Below, in pieces: positions 59,096 through 64,000 of a stretch of 64,000 bases of DNA (position 1 is its first letter; the number at the start of each line of letters is the position of its first letter). Position numbers and translations under genes: made by a program. Origin of the DNA: an uncultured Coriobacteriia bacterium (GTDB taxonomy: Bacteria > Actinomycetota > Coriobacteriia > Anaerosomatales > JAAXUF01); NCBI GenBank assembly GCA_963789515.1, contig CAWBKW010000002.1, forward strand, positions 510,464 through 574,463, in the 5' to 3' direction. The notes under the pieces are model-generated. The model did no database searches, was not told the origin of the DNA, and saw only the letters and a program-made list of their open reading frames with translations.

Positions 59096-59928
59096 TCGCG
59101 CTCGCACTCGCGCTGACCTTGCTGCTTGCTCCGACGTTCGGTTGTGCCGGCGAACTCGCGCGGTGCCGAGCAGCTCAACGTCAGCGGATCGACCACCCTC
59201 CTTCCCATCGCCGAGCAGTCCGGGGAGTCCTTCCACGAGCTCAACCCCGACGTCGCGGTGCTGGTCTCGGGACTGGGTTCGTCGGCGGGCATCGAGGCAG
59301 TCTCGGCCGGAACCGCCGACATCGGGACCTCCTCGCGCGACCTCAAGGACGAAGAGAAGCGACCTCGGTCTGGTCGACACGCCCGTCGCCTACGACGGGA
59401 TCGCGGTGATCGTCAGTCCTGAGAACCGGGTCGACAACCTCACGATGGACCAGCTCCAGGGCATCTTCGCCGGGCAAGATCGTCAACTGGAGCGAGGTCG
59501 GCGGCGCCGACCGACGGATCGACCTGGTGAACCGCGACGAGGCCTCTGGCACCCGCGAGGCTTTCAAGAAGATCGTGATGGGGGACGTGCCGTTCGACCC
59601 GGCAGCGGCGGTGCTTCCGGGCACGGGGCAGGTACGTGACGTCGTCGCGCGCGCTCCCGGCGCCATCGGCTACATCTCGCTCGGCTTCGTGGAGCCCCGA
59701 TTCACCAACGTGCGCGTCAAGGCGCTCTCGATCGATGGCGTGGCTCCCAGCGAGGAGAGCGTCGCCAGCGGAACCTACCCGATCGGACGGACCCTGCACT
59801 TCTTCACCAAGGGCGAGCCGGAGGGCTCGGCCAAGCTCTACGTCGAGTTCGTTCTCTCCAACGAGGTCCAGAAGGGCGTCGTCGTCGACGCAGGCTTCAT
59901 CCCCATCGCCGAGGGGGGGTCCAGATGA
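59072..59928 (+). CDS. pstS: phosphate ABC transporter substrate-binding lipoprotein PstS (short form); at least three apparent frameshifts
   Basis: Signal peptide plus lipobox …LVALALALTLLLAPTFGCAG. Then …LNVSGSTTLLPIAEQ…VSGLGSSAGIEAVSAGTADIGTSSRDLKDEE… and …VAYDGIAVIVSPENRVDNLTMDQLQGIFAGQ… and …RIDLVNRDEASGTREAFKK…LHFFTKGEPEG… in alternating frames. Start approximate. Confidence 0.6.
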
Positions 59929-60827
59929 GCCAGGGCGCCCCCAAGGCAACCAAGAAGCCTCCAGCTCGTGTCGAGGTCTACCTACGTCAAGGAGTGGCTC
60001 CTGCAGGCGCTGTTCTTCGTGTGCGCGTTCGCGTTCGTGCTGGCCGTCGCCCTGATCTTCATCTTCGTCGGCTGGAAGGCGCTGGCCGATCTTCACCGAC
60101 TACGGGTTCTGGAAGTTCATCACCGGCACCGTGTGGTCGGCGTCGACAAAGGACTTCGGGATCCTCCCGCTCATCGCCGGCACCGTTCTGGTCACGCTCG
60201 GCGCCCTTGCGCTGGGCACGCCGCTCGCGGTCGGCACGGCGGTGTTCCTCTCCGACGTGGCGTCGCCGCAGCGTGCGCGCGTTCGTCCGGCCGGCGGTCG
60301 AGCTGCTGGCCGGTATCCCGTCGATCGTCTACGGCTTCTTCGGCATCATCCTGCTTCGCGCGATCGTCGCCGAGTTCACCGGCACGCTGGGATTCGGCGC
60401 CTTCACCGCGTGGATCGTGCTCGCCATCATGATCGTGCCGACCATCGCGGCGCTCTCCGAGGACGCCCTTCGCTCGATTCCCGAAGGAATCCGCGAGGCG
60501 TCCTATGCGATGGGCGCGACGCAGTGGCAGACGATCTACAAGGTCGTCGTCCCGGCCGCCAAGATCGGCATCATCGACGCGATCATCCTGGGGATGGGAC
60601 GCGCGATCGGGGAGACGATGGCGGTGCTGATGGTCGTCGGCAACGCACCGGTCTTCCCGAAGGGCATCTTCGCGCCGCTCTCCACGATGACGACCCAGAT
60701 CGTCATGGACATGCCCTACGCCGTGGGCCTGCATCGTACCGCGCTGTTCGCCATGGCCGCGATGCTGTTCGTCTTCTCGATGCTCCTCGTGGCAAGTGTC
60801 CGCCTCTTGTCGAGGTTGAAGGATTAG
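59925..60827 (+). CDS. pstC: phosphate ABC transporter permease PstC; about three apparent frameshifts
   Basis: …LLQALFFVCAFAFVLAVALIFIFVGWKAL… is in frame 1, …FGILPLIAGTVLVTLGALALGTPLAVGTAVFLSD… in frame 2 and …ELLAGIPSIVYGFFG…MGATQWQTIYKVVVP…EAAxLG-type EAA loop… in frame 0 up to the TAG at 60825. Confidence 0.75.
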   Translation: MSQGAPKATKKPPARVEVYLRQGVAPAGAVLRVRVRVRAGRRPDLHLRRLEGAGRSSPTTGSGSSSPAPCGRRRQRTSGSSRSSPAPFWSRSAPLRWARRSRSARRCSSPTWRRRSVRAFVRPAVELLAGIPSIVYGFFGIILLRAIVAEFTGTLGFGAFTAWIVLAIMIVPTIAALSEDALRSIPEGIREASYAMGATQWQTIYKVVVPAAKIGIIDAIILGMGRAIGETMAVLMVVGNAPVFPKGIFAPLSTMTTQIVMDMPYAVGLHRTALFAMAAMLFVFSMLLVASVRLLSRLKD

Positions 60828-60829
60828 CC

Positions 60830-61658
60830 GTGAACAGGACGCTCACCAACAGGATCGCTATCGGCGTGCTGTGGGGCGCAGCGCTGCTCACGGTCGCGGT
60901 TCTCGGCGCGTTGCTGCTCTACGTGTTCGTCAACGGCATCCGCGCGATATCTCCCGAGTTCATCTTCACGTGGCCGCGCGGGGTCAACGCCGAGGGCGGC
61001 ATCTGGCCGACGATCGTTGCGACGGTCTACGTCACGGCGCTCGCGATGCTCATCTCCACTCCGGTATCGGTGCTCGCCGCCGTCTATCTGGCCGAGTACG
61101 CCCATCAAGGGCGCACCGTCAGTACGATCCGTTTCGCAGCCGACTCGCTCGCCAGCGTGCCTTCCATCGTCATGGGCCTGTTCGGCTTCGCCCTGTTCGT
61201 CGAGGCGATGGGACTCGGGCTTTCGATGATCTCGGCGGCGCTGGCGCTCTCGCTGCTCATGCTGCCGATCATCATGCGTGCCACCGAGGAGGCCATCCGG
61301 GCGGTGCCCAAGTACATGCGTTGGGGGGCGTACGGGCTCGGCGCGACCAAGTGGCAGGTCGTCCGTCGCACCGTGCTGCCGGCGGCCGCGCCCCGCATCA
61401 TCACCGGACATCGTGCTGGCGATGGGCCGCGCGGTCGGGTGAGACGGCGGTGGTCCTCTACACGATGGGCCAGGCGGTCAACCTGCCGATCACCCCGCTG
61501 GATGTCGGGCCGGCCGATGACCGTGCACCTGTACCTGCTCGCCGTCGAAGGCATCAACCTGCCCGCCGCCTTCGGGACCGCGCTGCTCCTCATCGTGATG
61601 ATCCTCGGCTTCAACCTGAGCGCCCGTTGGATCCTCGCGTCGTTATCGGAAGGTGTGA
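60830..61658 (+). CDS. pstA: phosphate ABC transporter permease PstA; about three apparent frameshifts
   Basis: GTG 60830 lies 3 nt after the pstC stop. …LYVFVNGIRAISPEF…SVPSIVMGLFGFALFV…YGLGATKWQVVRRTVLPAAAPRIITG… then …GETAVVLYTMGQA… then …MTVHLYLLAVEG…GFNLSARWIL…. The plausible C-terminus RRYRKV* in frame 0 ends at 61658. Confidence 0.75.
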
Positions 61659-61661
61659 CGC

Positions 61662-62479
61662 ATGTCCGTCCAGCTCAACACGCAGTCCGCTCCCTTCGAG
61701 GCGGGACCGGCGAAGGTCGACGTCAAGAACCTGAGCTTCTGGTACGGGGACTTCAACGCGCTGACCGGCATCACGGTCGACATCCGCTCCAAGGCGACCA
61801 CGGCGTTCATCGGCCCGTCGGGGTGCGGCAAGTCGACGTTCCTGCGCTGCATCAACCGGATGAACGACCTGATCCCGGGCACCCGCGTCGAGGGCACGAT
61901 GCGCATCGACGGCGCCGACATCTACGGCCAGGGGGTCGATCCCGTCGACCTGCGGCGCCGCGTCGGGATGATCTTCCAGCAGCCCAACCCGTTCCCGCAG
62001 TCGATCTACGACAACGTGGCCTACGGGCCGCGGCTCCAGGGCTCGATCAAGAAGTCCGAACTCGACGAGATCGTCGAGGACTCGCTCAAGCGCGCGAACC
62101 TCTGGAAAGAGGTCAAGGACATCCTCGGGCAAGAACGGTCTTGCGCTCTCGGGCGGCCAGCAGCAGCGGCTGTGCATCGCGCGCGTGCTGGCGGTGCAGC
62201 CGGAGGTGCTGCTGATGGACGAGCCCTGCTCGGCGATCGACCCGACGAGCGTCCAGAAGATCGAGGACCTCATGGCCGAGCTCAAGGACACGGTCACGAT
62301 CGTCATCGTCACGCACAACATGCAGCAGGCGGCCCGCGTGAGCGACTTCACGGCGTTCTTCCTGCAGGAGGTCGCGGGCGAGCCGGCGGTGCATGGTCGA
62401 GTTCGGCCGCACGAACGAGCTGTTCACGAGCCCGGGCGACCAGCGCACCGAGGACTACATCACCGGGCGATTCGGCTAG
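61662..62479 (+). CDS. pstB: phosphate ABC transporter ATP-binding protein PstB; two apparent frameshifts (near 62135 and 62395)
   Basis: …[22 protein letters not shown]… is the Walker A. …[33 protein letters not shown]… is the signature/Walker B (frame 1). The C-terminus …[28 protein letters not shown] follows. Confidence 0.85.
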
Positions 62480-62606
62480 GCGTCGGCGCGGACATCCCGG
62501 TCGTCGAACACGGCAACCTGATGTAACAAACTCGCTGCAGCGGCCCTCGTCGTGGCGACTATACTGAGATACCGAACGAGTTCGAGGCGTCAAGGGAGCG
62601 GCAAGC

Positions 62607-63293
62607 ATGCGCGAACAGTACCGGCAGGAACTCAAGGACATCCACGGCGAGGTCGTCGACATCCTCTCGACCGTCACCGTCAACACTCGGGACGCGGTCA
62701 CCTCGCTCATCACCGGGGACGTGGACTTGGCCGACAAGGTCATCGCTCGCGACGACGAGATGGACGCGCGCTGCATCGGGGTCGAGGAGCGCGTGCTCGA
62801 GACCATCGCCACGCAGTTCCCTGTCGCTCGCGACCTGCGCCTGCTGCAGTCACTCGCGTACATGGCGATCCACCTGGAGCGCATGGCCGATCTCTCGGTC
62901 AACATCGCGAAGGCCGCCAAGCGCACGGCCGACCGCAAGGGGCCGCAGACCCTGTACGACCTCATCCAGGCGCAGGGCAACCTGGTGTATCGCGTCCTCG
63001 ACGCGACGCGCGAGGCGCTGGACAACCGCGACCTCGACCTGGCGCGCAAGCTCCCCGAGCTCGACGAGCCGATCGACCACCTCTACAAGCAGTTCTTCCG
63101 CGAGCTCGGGCGGTTGCACGACGAGGACGACATCGAGTGGGCGTCGTCGATGGTGCTGGCCAGCCGCTATCTCGAGCGGATCGCCGACAACGCAGTCGAC
63201 ATCGGCGAGCGCATCGCCTACCTCATCACGGGCGAGCGCGAGTCTGCTCGCGGCGGACGCGGCGGCCGATCCGGCCGCGGAGTAGGCACGTGA
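62607..63293 (+). CDS. phoU: phosphate signaling complex protein PhoU
   Basis: MREQYRQELKDIHGEVVDI… Two PhoU repeats are present. The frame is intact. AAGGGAG RBS. Confidence 0.9.
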   Translation: MREQYRQELKDIHGEVVDILSTVTVNTRDAVTSLITGDVDLADKVIARDDEMDARCIGVEERVLETIATQFPVARDLRLLQSLAYMAIHLERMADLSVNIAKAAKRTADRKGPQTLYDLIQAQGNLVYRVLDATREALDNRDLDLARKLPELDEPIDHLYKQFFRELGRLHDEDDIEWASSMVLASRYLERIADNAVDIGERIAYLITGERESARGGRGGRSGRGVGT

Positions 63294-63968
63294 CACCCAT
63301 CGCTTCGCGGTACGAGGCGGTCCGGCGGCAGGTACCCGACGCCGCCGACGTGTCAGGGCGCGGTCCCGACGAGGTCACGATCGTCGTCGTGACCAAGACG
63401 GTGGGCATCGCCGAGATCCGCATGGCCATGGATGCCGGCGCGCGCGACTTCGGCGAGAACCGCGTCCAGGAGTTCCTGGGCAAGTACGGGCTGTTTCCCG
63501 ATGTCGACTGGCACTTCATCGGGTCGCTGCAGACCAACAAGGTCAAGGACGTCGTCGGCCGGGCGTGCCTGATCCACTCGGTCGACTCGCGTGCACCTGC
63601 TCGCCGAGATCGGCAAGCGCGCCGCGCAGGCGGGAGTGGTCCAGCCGGTCCTCCTGCAGGTCAACGTCTCCGGCGAGGGCTCGAAGCACGGCTTCGCGTG
63701 TGACGACGTTCGCGAGGCGCTCGTCGAGGCCTCCCGCCTGCCGAGCGTGGCGGTTCGGGGGCTGATGACGATGGCGCCGTTCGGCCGCCCCGAGGATGCG
63801 CGCTGGGTGTTTCGGGAGCTTCGGGAGCTGCGCGACTCGCTCAGGGAGATGCCGCTGAATGGTGTAGAGTTAACCGAGCTCTCGATGGGCATGAGCAACG
63901 ACTTCCGAGTGGCCGTCGAGGAGGGCGCGACCATCGTGCGGGTCGGTGGCGCCATCTTCGGAAAGTAG
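63290..63968 (+). CDS. yggS: YggS family pyridoxal-phosphate homeostasis protein (alanine racemase N-terminal-fold); one apparent frameshift near 63595
   Basis: GTG overlapping the phoU stop. …IVVVTKTVGIAEIRMAMDAGARDFGENRVQEF…WHFIGSLQTNKVKDVV…LIHSVDS| then frame 0 …LHLLAEIGKRAAQAGVVQPVLLQVNVSGEGSKHGF…GLMTMAPF…ELSMGMSNDFRVAVEEGATIVRVGGAIFG. Confidence 0.8.
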
Positions 63969-64000
63969 CGTCCCTTTAGACCAGAGGAGATGGCTGTGGG

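Noticed and set aside
1-64000. A search for CRISPR arrays, rRNA or tRNA genes, IS elements or transposases, and toxin-antitoxin pairs.
   Set aside because: I saw no short regularly spaced direct repeats, no tRNA-like cloverleaf candidates in the short intergenic regions and no transposase or DDE motifs. Intergenic space is minimal and filled by promoters or terminators.
63993-64000. An ATG at 63993 that may start the next gene (sepF or similar).
   Set aside because: Only 8 nt lie inside the window, so it cannot be supported.

Overview
The window is visibly GC-rich with a strong G/C third-position bias. It is a chromosomal core region of Actinomycetota type and is almost entirely plus-strand housekeeping operons. 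From 5' to 3' it carries: aroB(3' end)-aroQ; a small type IV pilin-like cluster (a 696-aa repeat-bearing prepilin, a second prepilin and a PilX-N-like gene); pepQ-efp; a carboxyltransferase+BCCP fusion with biotin carboxylase; asp23-nusB-xseB-dxs; tlyA-nadK-recN followed by SteA/SteB-like genes (mycobacterial Rv1694-Rv1698-like synteny); on the minus strand murJ plus a GT2 glycosyltransferase, facing a large membrane protein and a MraY/WecA-like membrane protein; pyrG, a PepT-like M20 peptidase and a conserved hypothetical; a minus-strand membrane-anchored coiled-coil protein; ald; a flotillin; xerD; a BMP-family (nucleoside-type) ABC transporter operon; a minus-strand small-TM / DUF4349-like lipoprotein / small-TM trio; then a complete dcw cluster (mraZ-rsmH-ftsL-ftsI-murE-murF-mraY-murD-ftsW-murG-murC-murB-ftsQ-ftsZ); a convergent membrane protein with a Pro/Ala-rich tail; and pgeF, pstSCAB-phoU and yggS. 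I found no rRNA, tRNA, CRISPR array, transposase, integrase-with-att or prophage signature. The most unusual property is roughly 45 apparent single-nucleotide frameshifts in otherwise well-conserved, mostly essential genes. They are densest in the last 12 kb (murC, murB, pgeF, pstSCAB, yggS) and most plausibly reflect indel errors in the assembly rather than biology. Candidate accessory or less-characterized content is in the findings: the pilin-like cluster, the murJ-adjacent glycosylation/membrane locus, the minus-strand DUF4349-like trio, the coiled-coil membrane protein and the PA-tailed membrane protein.
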